From: Lingula anatina
Lineage: Eukaryota > Animalia > Brachiopoda
Length of the DNA stretch: 64,000 nt
Reading direction: 5' to 3'
NCBI GenBank assembly: GCA_051362555.1
Contig: CM120641.1
Span: 3,720,001-3,784,000 of the forward strand
In this document: positions 26,820-49,300 of the stretch, piece after piece
How the letters are laid out: the number at the start of each line of letters is the position of its first letter
Position numbering within the stretch: the stretch's first letter is position 1
Translations under genes and position numbers: made by a program
The notes under the pieces: generated by a model
What the model saw: only the letters and a program-made list of their open reading frames with translations
What the model was told of the DNA's origin: nothing
The model's database searches: none

Positions 26820-26900
26820 TTACCGACGCCTGCTGATTGGTTCAAAGTTTTTCTTACGTCACGGGGGAAGTTTGATTGGCAGCACAGCAGCGGTCCATAA
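26820..26900 (+). promoter_or_regulatory. ZCCHC24 proximal promoter
   Basis: Two reverse CCAAT boxes (CTGATTGG about 26833, TGATTGGC about 26873) flank a CRE/ATF-like TTACGTCA (about 26854). They lie in a CpG-rich patch 60-110 bp upstream of the ATG. Confidence 0.6.
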
Positions 26901-26938
26901 ATCCAGAGGCAAGAGTGCACTGCAGGCCAGAGAACAAC

Positions 26939-36326
<9,388 letters not shown>

Positions 36327-36392
36327 AGTCTCCACTATCCCCTTCTGTTAGGTATTTTTCAAAGGACACAGAGAGATTTGTGAAAAAACAAT

Positions 36393-36583
36393 ACTAAGTG
36401 AGGGTAATGAATTAATTTAAATCATTTTTCTGAGGACAGAGATTCTGAAGATTTACAGTACTAAGGGAGGGTAATATATGTTACTAAGTGAGGGTAATGA
36501 ATTAATTTAAATCATTTTTCTGAGGACAGAGATTCTGAAGATTTACAGTACTAAGGGAGGGTAATATATGTTACTAAGTGAGG
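36393..36583. repeat. Perfect tandem duplication, 90-bp unit x2.1, in ZCCHC24 3' UTR
   Basis: ACTAAGTGAGG.. recurs at 36393, 36483 and 36573. The two full units look identical. Confidence 0.95.
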
Positions 36584-36915
36584 TTCATTTTGAGCAAAGA
36601 TGGAAGTTGAAAACTTATTGACTTGTTTTAGCACAACAGAGAGAGATGTCTTTATAGCAATAAGTGAGGGGCATTTTAATAAAAGGAAACAAAATGAGGT
36701 GGGGATAATAGTAGTGACACAATATAATGATTTGCTTGGTGTACATGTATGTGAATGATAAAAAATTATGACAAAGGTAACTTTTCAAACATATTTTTGT
36801 GCATGAAATGCCTAATAGAAACATCTCTCTGGGGGGTGGGATGGGGACAACAAATTACTAAGTAAGCTCTTGAAACTAAAAAGTAGTAGTTTAGAATGTT
36901 TGAAATTTGAATGTT

Positions 36916-36952
<37 letters not shown>

Positions 36953-39900
36953 TTAACTTGGACAATCATTCTCAAATTTTAATTAAAAAGGATATTGGGT
37001 AGGTTGTTTTTAAGTGCCTGGTATTGATGATAATGATATTTGTGAGTTTTTTATGAGATTATTTATTCAGTACACGTTAAAAAAATTTATTTGTACATCT
37101 CTGTACTTAAAAGTAGTACTTATGGAATCTCTTTGTCAGTGTTATTATGTTTGTGCCAAATATGTTTAAATTTTTCATTTTCAACAGTATTATGATATAA
37201 CTAGGGGTGCTTTGATAATCATCTAAGTAAGAAATAACACATTGTTAGGTGTCATTCCACTTGTGCCAAAGATACATTTGTTTGTGTACAGTAATATATT
37301 ATTACTATATCAATATAAGTACATTTCAGTAACCAGTTGTTGCTGTCAGTAGGAAATAATGTAGGTGATATGAATATTTGTTGTTGCCATGGCAACTTAA
37401 GATACTGATATTTTGGTGCTGTACAGTAATATAAAACACTTGTTTTCATTTGAGGAGTATGCTTCCCTAGAATATTATCTAGGTGCTACACAACTTGAAA
37501 ATGGAGGTGTCAATTATAGTAGTTCATACCTATATCCTTTATCATTTAAAGTTTGTATATATTTATATGGATAACAGTTAAGATTATTGCTGCACTTTGT
37601 TTGTATATGTTGGAAATTTCAAGAGTTATGAAAAGACATACATACACTTGTTGATACAGTTTATATCATTATATCCAGGAACTAGAGTGTGTTATGTGTG
37701 ATTGTGTTTGCACTTGTTCCCTGGAAATCATTGAAGCAGACGACATTTTGGCAAGGTGGCCATTATACAGGATTCCTCAGTGTTGTGTGATCTTTCAGAC
37801 TTCAAGGAGTTGTGCATTACAGTAGGCATTGGCAGATACACTACCAGCCGTAGGTGTATACATTTGATTTTCTAAGAGTAGTGATTTTGAACTGTAAGTA
37901 ATTCCTATTACCATTAGGTTGATGTGCCTCATTTAAGATCTTATTGTGTTGTTTAGTGCAGATGAGCCCCGAGTTATGGGCTAGGTTAAAACTGGAGGGT
38001 AAAGAACTTTGAATAGTATGTGAATGAAAATACGTGACTATTGGAAATAATTAGATCAAATAGCCCTTTTAAACATTAATTGACACAGGACCTTAAAATT
38101 GTACACTATTTGTGTAAAACTTGGGTTTTTTTTTCCTAGGAGGCTTTACCTGCAGTATACAGCAGAGTAGAGTTTAAAATTGAGGCAGTAGATTAGTATA
38201 TAGCTCAATCAGTCATATCAAATAATCTTGAGTACCAGTTGGAGAATTAAAGATCTCTTAATCTTGTAAATAAACTTTTTTGTACAGACCCCATTTGTCT
38301 GAATATTTATTAGTTCTTTTGACAGTTCATCATAATTTATGGTAGGTAGGAATTAGTAATAATGAAAAGAGAGAAATGATTTTACTGTGTAGCAAATTAC
38401 ATCTGTTGCATTTGATTTTCAAGTTACGATGTTAATATTTGAGCTATGGTAATGACTGGATCTTTTCAATGTAAAAGTTTATCGATTTTTAACACAATTT
38501 GAAAGTTAAAATATATATTTCTTTGTAGCATATGTGGTGCTTTTATTGTATAGAATGGAACAATAAGGTAGCCTGCTTTTCAGTTTTGTTGTTAACTTTC
38601 AATGGGAGTGTTTAACTTCTACATACCTATGTATATTATAAATACATCACCTGTTTTACTCAGAATTTTCCCCATTGAAAAGATTGAGCCATTGCTGTAT
38701 ATGAAATTAAAACATCACTTCTGTTCAGTTTGCCATATATAATCTTCAGTTTTGTACAAATATGTATGTTATTTATTAAAGCAAATCTGCTGAAATTCTG
38801 GTTTTGTTTTGCTTACTGTTTCTTGCTGCTCATGGTTATGCACAGTGGATTACATAAATTAAAATTCTATACAAGACTTGAGCTGCAGTTTCTATTGCAA
38901 AATGAGTTTTGAAGAATAAATTTTTGACTTGCTATGCATAAAAGAATAAATTTAATGGAGTTTCCAGTATCCGATAAGAACTTGTTTACTTGCAAAGTAT
39001 ACTTTATTTGCAGAAAGAACAAAACTGAAAAACCAGATTTAAGGACCAAAGAAAAAAAAACTATAGGCACTTGTAATATAGTTTAATATTGCATTTGTTC
39101 TTTTAAAGTAAAGAAGACATGTTGGACAAAGTACTTTCAGAAAAATTTCATGATAAAACAACTCTAAATAACAGATTTAAACGTGGTAAAATGTCTTTTA
39201 AAATGAGAACTAAAGTTGAATCATATAATAAACTATGCTACATAGCTGTAGGGCAATCTTGGACCCACGATTCAGAGATTGGCCTATATATATATATATA
39301 TATATGCCAAGGACACTTGCATTGTTTATGTGCTTTTTGATATGAAATGTTTTTCCTCTTGCTCCCATGTAAAACACTGCAATGAGCAGAAAAAGTTCCA
39401 GCCTACTTTCTAAAACTTACAATCTTCAGCAACATTGCGCTATTATGTCTGTAATCCCTTCATTATTGAATTTCTTGGGAAATGTACTTGCTAACTGTTA
39501 AAGGTATGACATCCACTTTTATCATTACTGAGCTAGATTTAAAAAAATTAACTTTTCAAACTAGCTTACATAATTCCACCACTTAACTAGATTTTTAAAA
39601 ATTTAAGGCTCCCCACCATGTTTACTTCATATTTGACAGATCAGTGAAATCATAACAACACAAAAATCTGCTTATTTTAATCCAGATGATGAGCAATCTA
39701 ATTAGAATGGGAATTGACATGATTGTCACTTTGGATGAAGACTATCAGTAAAATACAGCATAACATAGAGATCAGTTTAATTACTGAGAGATGCAAGGTT
39801 CTCCACATGATAATGAATTTACCCTGATTTATGAAACGCACAAATCTAAAATCTACAATATTAAGCTACTACTTCTTCATAAAACCATGGAACCAGTAAG

Positions 39901-40349
39901 ACGAGCCAGCAAACTTCCACAGAAGTGTCTAGATGAATTGAAATGATCCAAGAAAATTACATCATTTTTGCATACAGAGTTTACAATAAATAGTGATGTT
40001 CGTAAGGTAAGTTTTCCAGTTTGGGGTAAAAAAGATTGAACCTTTCACCCTGAGAATGAAGCTCTCAAATGCACTGAAGTACAAGTCATTTGAGTTTCCT
40101 AATAAATTCCAATAAATGGGTGCAGTATGTGTGAACACATTATAGCCAAAATGCAGTCTTTTCCTTTTTTTTGCCTTATCTTTGTATGAATTAAGTATGC
40201 TACATCTGATACAGTTTCACAAAGCCACTGTCGGCTAAAAGTTTTGATAAATCCTTCGCAAAAACTTTGTTAACTAACCAAGACTTTCTGAAATGGGTTC
40301 CAGATACCCCATTCTGGCAGCTTCTATTAATTACTATCACCTGAGGGCG

Positions 40350-43300
40350 CTACTGTTCTAAATCCATGACAGCACACTGTTTGGAATTCTGAGAGTGAAG
40401 GATAAAGGAGCGTCCATCCATTTTACGTAACTTTTTATATATGGATTCATACATTGTTGGAAATATGCTAGCTCCCTCTGTTTTAGTTATCCTTTCACTG
40501 AAATAAGATAATACAATTAATAAAAATTTACTCACATCACATCATTTTATCATAAAAATTGGTAATAATAATAACAAAAGATCTTATAAACTTGATCTAA
40601 GAAATACTTGTATTAAACAACATAAGTTGACAACAGTAACCAAGTTAAAAGACATCTTCTGAAATATGCATTGTGCATTAAAACATAACAGAAACTTATA
40701 AGATGAAAAATAAATCAATTCTTAAATAAGTAACTTACCTGTATGTAAATGGTGGCTGTGCCATTTGTAAACACATTTTGAAAGGCATTTCATAGAAGTT
40801 GACATCTGTGGTGAATTCAATGACAGCAGACGCCTCCGTGGTGTACTGCAGGCTGGTCCTCAGGTGAACACTGCTTGTCTGTAGGGAGGTTTTCACAACC
40901 ATAGCACCACTGAAAAATGTTGATTAATTTCAGTATTTGCTATTAATTTTTTGACTGTTGCTCCAAAATGAAGTATCATGCTTCTTGGACAAATTAATTT
41001 ACATTTGTCCTTTAACTAATGTCTGTTGTGAAATATGCTTTTTTTTGCATATGAATCCACAATACACTTAAAATGAGGCTGACCTCATAAGACAACCAGA
41101 TAGGTGACCTCCACAAGGTCGCCTATGTTAAGCGCCCTATAGGATTGTCTGTTGACATAAATATGTCTATTCAAGTCTTAGTCTATTTACATCAAGTCAA
41201 AATCTGGTTTTTAAGTGTACAAGTACATCTGCCTTTAAAACCCATCATACCCCTACCTGTTATACACAACAGAATGTGAATTTCTATTCCACAAACTAAT
41301 ACTGATGGATCCTGACAGATCAATGGAGACCGCGCCCAGTACATGCAGTTCCAGAACAACTCCGTTCTGCAGGTGGATTCTCTGCACATGGTCCTGTGCT
41401 AAGATGTTACCCTGGAGATAAAAACACAAATTTCATTTTTCCTTTAACATGAGGTTTATTACAATAGAATTAAACCAAATTACATCATTAAACCAAGTCA
41501 ACTGTTGGACCTTGGGCTCTATAGTACAAGAAGTTGTAGCACCATCCCATGCTTTGGCCGAAATTATCTGGAAATGGGTCGTGTCCCATATAACATCATC
41601 ATGGACAAGGATATATATATTACTAAACTCAAACTTTATGTGCCAATTTCACATGCATGTTTTAACTAAGGTGTGCCCATAACTGGATTGAAAGTTGATT
41701 AAAACCTGGCACTTACTGTAAGTCACACATGATTAATATTGTTAAAAAATTTGAACCAGTCTAAAGAACGGCCAATTTATGTACTTCTGATATAAAAATG
41801 TGAAATTAGGTCACCCAGTGCATTCCACCAGTGTATCATGCATTCCTGTTGCTATCAATAAAAATCTATGTACTTGTAGTATAAATAGGTGGGGAGGTCA
41901 AATATTGAAACTAGTACACAGATACATAGCTAAGTAATCAATTTTTATCATAAGATCCATTGATATTGGGTCAACTGATGTACCCTTGGTTTAAGTAAGA
42001 TTAGTGTGTAATACATAATCTTACATCTATCTCTTGTAGTATCTCACATGTAACAGGTGCATAATTTTTACAAGGAACGTAGTGCATATCATACTTGGCC
42101 AAAATTTGAGCAAAAATGTTCATTACTTGGTAAGCTTGGTAGATGAAATAATTGAAAAAATAAGAAATAACTGTGCTAAAATAACTACTAATATATGATA
42201 GGACATTTTTTCTTTATAACCACTATAATAAAATACAATAAAAATAATAATAAAGTAAAGAAATGAATAATTGAATAAAATGAAGACTTTCCTACCTGTA
42301 ATGCAGATATAGGTTCGGAAGGAGCATTCCACACAGCCGACATCAGTCCTCCCTGACCACGGAAGAACTCCACTGGCCTCAGTCCCACATCCATCAAGTC
42401 TAGGGACATCCCAGCCGTGGGCTCCTTTTCTGCCTCATCTTCTCCTGTGTCTGCAGTGGTTTCTGCTGTCCCATCATCCCCAGCCAGGCTCTCCAGGTGG
42501 TTGGTATACAGACCAAACTGGGAGCGAGTAAATACATGGAGTTTTTAATTTCATAATCATATCAGGCCATGAAGAAAGCTGAAGCACAGAAGACCTTATT
42601 TGTGGATTATTAACTGTGATTAACTAAGATAATAGACATATTTGTTTTAAGTGAATCCTTATACTCAGATGCAAAATATTTTCATTTTCATAGTTGTATT
42701 AATCAGTAGGAATATATGAACATTGTGTTAGCAAAAACTCTGTAAAAAAATCATTTACGTTTTCAATCAATTCACTAAGGATACTCCACTAATAAATTTT
42801 CTGCCTATCTTTAGACAGACTCCAAAGATCATTGACATTTGAGATCGTGATCCATCTATCACTTTTCCTTGATAATGTATCTTCAATAAGCATTTTAAGT
42901 CTACTCACAGATAAAATGGGCAATATCTGATGTTTGGTAATCAAATCTACATCCATGCTACTGGACTTCATGATACCCGACTTAGAATTCTCCATATACA
43001 ACCCATAGGTACTGTTGGTGTCCTGGGTCACTGAAAAATATATATGATATGATATGTTACATGATATGATACATCCAAAATAATACACTGTCACCTGAGC
43101 CATATATGCCAGAACACCACGAGCATCAGTGATACCTGTTTTCAAGGCAGATATCACAAGAGGGTGGCAGATGTGTATTATTTGATATACATATTGAAAG
43201 AAAGTATTCGCACCTCACCATAAAATACCTCTTAATACCTAATAAAGGGTATACTGCCATTGTCACATAACATCTCTAGGTATGTATGATATGATATGAT

Positions 43301-46300
43301 ACATCATGGCAGGGCACACATCACAAGACAAAACAACTGTATAAACCAAACTATCACTGTACCTGCAAGGAAGTTACTGAAGGCACTTGACAATCCTTTC
43401 TGAGCTACCACTTGGTAGTTGTTGATCCTGACATCCCTCAGTACATCTTGAACTAATGATCTGAAATAAACAAATATACGTATCTATCATCACATTATTC
43501 TCAATGCACAATAGTATCCTTTCTTTCAGTTGATTGGATATGTTGCTAAAATAGTGACTATTCAAATTGTTTTGAATTCATTCAGAGCTTTCAAGGTTTG
43601 CTGCTGTTCATTGCATTTTAGAGTTGTTACAGGGGGAACAAACTGAAAATTTTAATTTCCAAATTTAAAGGGATAATAACTCTTCGTTTTGGCCAAAAAA
43701 TGAATTTTCCTGGAGTAAACAACAATTTTTCCATACTTACCAATGGTTAATGAATCCATTTTTACATTTAAAGTTTTTTTCTAAAAAGTTTATTTTTTTT
43801 TTTTTTAAATCTCTTAAAAGATTATAACAGAGTATAGCTATCAATGGAGGTCACGTGGTCTGAAGACAAGCTCAGATATCAGAATAATAGCTATAACTGC
43901 TGTTTTTGTCATAAAACAGAATATATTATATTTCTATGAGTTATTCACAATGTTTTTATTGTGAAATATAGACCTCATTCGAAGAATTATTATCCCTTTA
44001 ACAGTAAAGCCTATGTAAAAATACAATTACCATCACAGCTGAGAATATGTAAAGCTGAAAAACCATTAGAATTCCCACCTGAATTCTGGACAGTTCTTCA
44101 TGAGATCTCTCAGTTTAGCCAGAACATAGGTGGACATCTCATATTGGGACTGGTCAGTCAGGGAGAGCAGAATCACTTTCAGCTGTGCTGGGGACGGATG
44201 GCTTTTAAGCAAGATGACCACTGCTGCAGATCTTATGGTGGTGTCATATACGCGATTGTTTTGATGGTAGATACGAGCAAGCACGGCTTGAACCTAGAGA
44301 GAAAAATCACAATGATTCTTCTTATTTTGCCATGATTGTTAGGACTTTGTACAAATGGAAGGATGATGTTGAGATGTCATACAATGTAGTGGAGACTTCT
44401 TATGAGATTTTGTGATAGTACCTATTGTATTATCTGATATGAAAATAATTTGTCCAACTCTTTTTCATTTGAGTTTCTTTAAATGTCAACAAAAATAGAC
44501 TGAACTAAGACAATGAGAGATGCATACAGCTAGTTTTTGTAAAAGCTATAAATCAAATACAACAACCACAAGTGTTATCTCAAAAATTTCTTCTATATAT
44601 AGTTGTACCTCTTTTGTAATATATTGCATATCAATTTTGCCTAATGCTTTCAGAGCTGCCATGGCCACTATGGTCTCCTTGGCTTCCTCAGCGTACTTGG
44701 TCAGAATTGGCACTGTGGTTGGAAGACGGGCATTCATCAGTGCTCGAAGCTGTCGTAGCTTGCAAGCCTCATCCTCACAGGCAGCCAGTTTGGTTGTGAT
44801 GGCTTCCTCTATGGCCTTTGAAATCTGTTTATTGGAATCGCAAAGACAGTTAGTGAAGTAAAAATAAAATTTCATGTTTCTTTCATAAATGTTCATACAT
44901 GAAATATAACATAAATGTGCAGAGAAACTACAAGAGTTTGACTGAAATTTTTTTAAAAATTTTCAATACAATGAGAAGGGAGTTGAGGACTTTTAACTGT
45001 GAATTTTATGTAATAAAGAATATTTTTTTCTACGGTTACTTACATTTTAAAATCAAGACCAAATACTAAGTTTCTACTGAAAGTAGAACTGGACAAACTT
45101 ATTCTGAAAAGGTGGATATTTTTTTTTTACCCAAAGATCAAACCCCATGAACTACAAACCTGTGAACCCCACTGCCCTGTCTGTCTGCAGTAAGTGTTCA
45201 GAACTGCTCCCATGGCAAGGCCTATAGATTCCCGAACTGTTTCACTTGGTACATCTTTTTTGTACAATTCCTGGTAACGAAAATTTAAAACAGTTTATAA
45301 TATCAAAATAATCCCAGGAAATAGTGTGTCAGCTTAACTATATCTTAACCGCACTTCTCTCCATTATTTTCAATAAAAATAGGACACTGTATTACTTTTC
45401 GTCAAACATTTAAATGTTTCAAAAGGAAAACTCAATTTTCACTGGTTTTGGCAAAAGCATAATAAGTAAACATTAACATTGAAAAAAGTCAAACAATACT
45501 TGATTTTGAAAAGTGCACTGAATAATACGTCCCAGCTTTGTTTTTCACAAAAAAAATTACTTACTAATAAATCTTTGAGCAGTTGTTCACTAGGGTGGGT
45601 AGAGAAGGAAACAGTAAATAAGTATCTCTCAGAATTTTGTGTGTAATAATCATCCTCAAAATTGATCAGCTCCATCAGAGCCTCTTGGCTGGCCGGGGTC
45701 TGGGTTGCCACAGCAGCATCAATGAGTTGAGGTCTTGAAATGATGAATATGGTAAATCAGATTAAGAATTGAACTGAAAACTGACATCATAAGTCATTAA
45801 GTAAACACCACATTTTGATGGGCAAAAAACAGATGTCAAAGATTGGCTGTGTCTGAGCCTATAACGGATTTTACAGAAACCTTCTGAAACACTTTCTATC
45901 AATGCCATTGTTCAACTTCATATGTTTTTAATTCAATAGAAATGTTTTTTATCTTGAAACATATGTATGGATCAAGAAATCGGACTAGTTTTTTTATCAT
46001 TTTCCTCAAAAAAATTTTTTTAAGTGAAACTTATATTTATTACTCTTTCAGATAAAACATATTTAAGAAAAGCAAACAGACCGGCCTCAGCCCACTTACA
46101 GGACATCTGCATTGTCTTCACTCTTGAGGATATCCAGCAGGACATTTTTACCCACATCTCTGAAACTGTCAACCAGGTTCAGAAAGGCTTCTGCAGATGA
46201 TGTCTTGGCTAGACTTTCACTCTTTAAAGCTTCTTCTCTGTATTTTTCTACCAGTTCTGTGGCCTGAAATTATAATTAAACAATAGCTGTGGGTTAACCA

Positions 46301-49300
46301 TAAATATAAATTTTTTGCTTATAATTTTCTTATGGTACTAGCTCTGTCTCAATGAGAAAATCATCAATAAATATCTTTATCATGAAAAACATTTCCTGAC
46401 AGGAGAAATATTTACATTATGTGTGGATGAGGTGACAGTGCACACACACGCACGCATGCACACACTCACACACACACACTTCTCTGATCAGTATCACTTA
46501 CTGAGACACATTCCCCTCCACACTGCTGAGTATCAGGGCTGGTGGCAAGAAGCATGGCATACATTCCATAGTTCCCTTCTAAAACAGAGAAAAAAGTTTA
46601 AAAATTTCTCTCCGTCCATTTATTTATAGAGACATTTTATATACCAAAAGTTTTCTTGTTCTAAGTGAACTTTTCTATTAATTCCATCCAGAAATATGAG
46701 TTCTCCAATGCTATTGGTTGATAAAATGTACCAACCTTTATTGAGAGCATCAAGAGCGGTTTCCAAAGAGGTGCCTTGGGTGGCCTTTTTAGAGGGATCT
46801 GATGAGATGTACTTCAACTCTTGGCTGTTACATACAAAAAAATAGAATTAATAAGTAACTTGAAAATTGATTTTTTTCAAAACTACACTATGTGTGATAT
46901 ATGCAAACTTTTTAAATAACGGTATACACTAAGTACTGCAATATACAGACTCTTCGGGAATAAGAAAATGATTAAACGTATTTCAAAATCAATTCATTTA
47001 AATTAATAATAAAGTAAAAAAAAAAATAATAATGCAGATAGCCATAAAGAAACAATGTAAGAACTAACTTGGTCTTGATCTGACCACCAACACTGGAGCG
47101 TATATTCAAGGAAGCCACATGGCTCTCTGCAGTCACAACGCTCTGGATTAGATCATCCTTGAAGTCAATGTCTGTCTGGACACTACTGGTGACAGAGGTA
47201 CTCTGGACCTGGAACATTAGGACACAATATCTCTATAAACTGTTTTTTTTCTATTTTTGAATAGGTAAAGTGAGGCACAGAATTACTTAGTGCAACTGCA
47301 TAGCTTGTAAAATTATCAGGGGTTAACAGGAGGTTAAGTAGTAGGATTAAATTCTATTGAAAGCTTTTGTGACTATATGTCTCAGACCCTGAATAGATCT
47401 TTCTTATGCACTAAAACAGGAGTGTAATATGAAGGTTTCCACAATGTGCCAATTTGTACAAACTGTCTCAATAATCAGTGGCATATATGATATGAAGGAT
47501 TGTAATTCAAAAGATTGTAACATATTATTTTTAATCTTTAGACAGAGGGGATTTTAAGTTTAATCTCTGGTTAACAACAGTCAGATCTCATCATTTTCCT
47601 TAAGGTAGACCACAACTGTAACAGTAACCTGCACCTCCTAGGTCACATATTTCCAGGAAAAATCACATTAAAACCTGAAGGCATGGGTGCATGATTTACA
47701 GCAAAAAGCTCAAAAGGCCAGACAAACCACGAAACCTCCACTTTAGAATCTTAAACTCTTTAACAGACCAGCACCAAAGACCTACAGTTGCGTAAATGGT
47801 GCGAACTTCCAATTTTACCAACAATGAACCTCTAAAAATGTTCCCATAAATCAGGCCATGTTGCACTGTATTTGACCTCTGTGAAATCGCTGCAGCACAA
47901 GTGGCTGCAGTATTGTTGTGAGACTAGTTTTACCACCCTGACTTTCAGAGGTCACTGGTTATCCAGGATACTGGAAACAGCAGACTCTGATAACAGAGAT
48001 GATTTGACAGTGACCCCAAAAACTCAGGGCAAGCTTTATTTGACCTAAATTTAGATAGAAGTTCAGTCGAGGTGAAAATTTGGCTAAACATCAATAGTGA
48101 CACCTTGCTGTGGCTGAATGCTCAGCTGTCTTTGTTGGGTAAATCTGGAGTTGGATGACATCTTTTATTTGGCTATGATTCATCATCACATGAAAATCAT
48201 GTGGCAAAGTTTTCTCCAGGTATAGTTGGGGGGGGGGGGGGGGTAATCTCTAATAGCCAAACCATAACTGCTTGTGTCATAATAAAAATTAAATGCAATT
48301 TTGATTTTCTATTATAATGGCCTTATTTGTGCTGTGTATAATGTATGTTACAAGAGAATGTCACTCTGACATTTACTGCCTTATTGAGTAAAAAGATTCA
48401 ATTTTAAGAGCTTCATTGAAAACAAAGAACTAAACATCTGAATTCCAAATACTAGTATCTTTCCTACTTTTGTTTTCCATTCTTCATTACTAGGCAGTGT
48501 ATAGATACCTATATAATAAGTCTAGTGAACCCATTAAGTCTTTAATTCAAGATCAGGCAACAAGGGTAACAATGAGATATCAAATGAAACAACTTACACA
48601 CCTGATTAACATTTCTGTACTCCCCTGCAATTTCCAGAGGTCTGCACTGCTTCGTCTTGGTAATATGGAGTCCTTCTACTTGATATTTTACTTCACAATC
48701 CCCAGATGTATCAACCTGTAGAAAAAAAGAAACATTTCATGACAATAATATTTAGAAATAAACATAGACAAACAGTGAGTCCATAGATGCCATCTTTGTA
48801 TTTAGTGATCTTGATTTGAAATACAGTAGTATGAATGGTATTTTTCTGAGTTCAAATGCACCAGCTGACTGAAAACTTTAAATTTCAGGCTGAATATACC
48901 TCAGACACAGACAACTGGACCACATTATAAAACAATTGCTTGCAGGGGCGGATCCAGAGATATTTTCTGACAGTCTTCCAAATTATCTTTGTTGATCCAT
49001 CTTCCATTTTTGCCCATCTTCCGACCGAAAACATTAGATGGCTGACAATGTTAACTTGAAAATCTGACCGTCTTCCAGAAGACCCAGAAGACGGCCTAAA
49101 TCCACCCCTGGCTTGGTGTTAGTGTTGACAATGCCAGCGTTCGAAATTAACGGTGGCAAGAGGCAGTTTTGCCTCCTAGTTTAACCAAGTTGCCCCCTGG
49201 TCTGAAAGCCGGTGGCAAAAAGTTGCCTCCAAGAAATTTTGGAGACTGAAAATAAAGTTATTAAAAGTTTACTTGCGATCGATGTTTTACTTGCCTCCCA

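Noticed and set aside
39686-39790. Box C/D snoRNA-like ATGATGA...CTGA
   Set aside because: No terminal stem, not intronic and no recognisable rRNA guide. Expected by chance.
43095-43135. Extra MTTP exon (acag|GTATCACTGATG...GCTCAG|gtgaca on the - strand)
   Set aside because: 41 nt and frame-breaking between phase-1 neighbours. The protein is complete without it.
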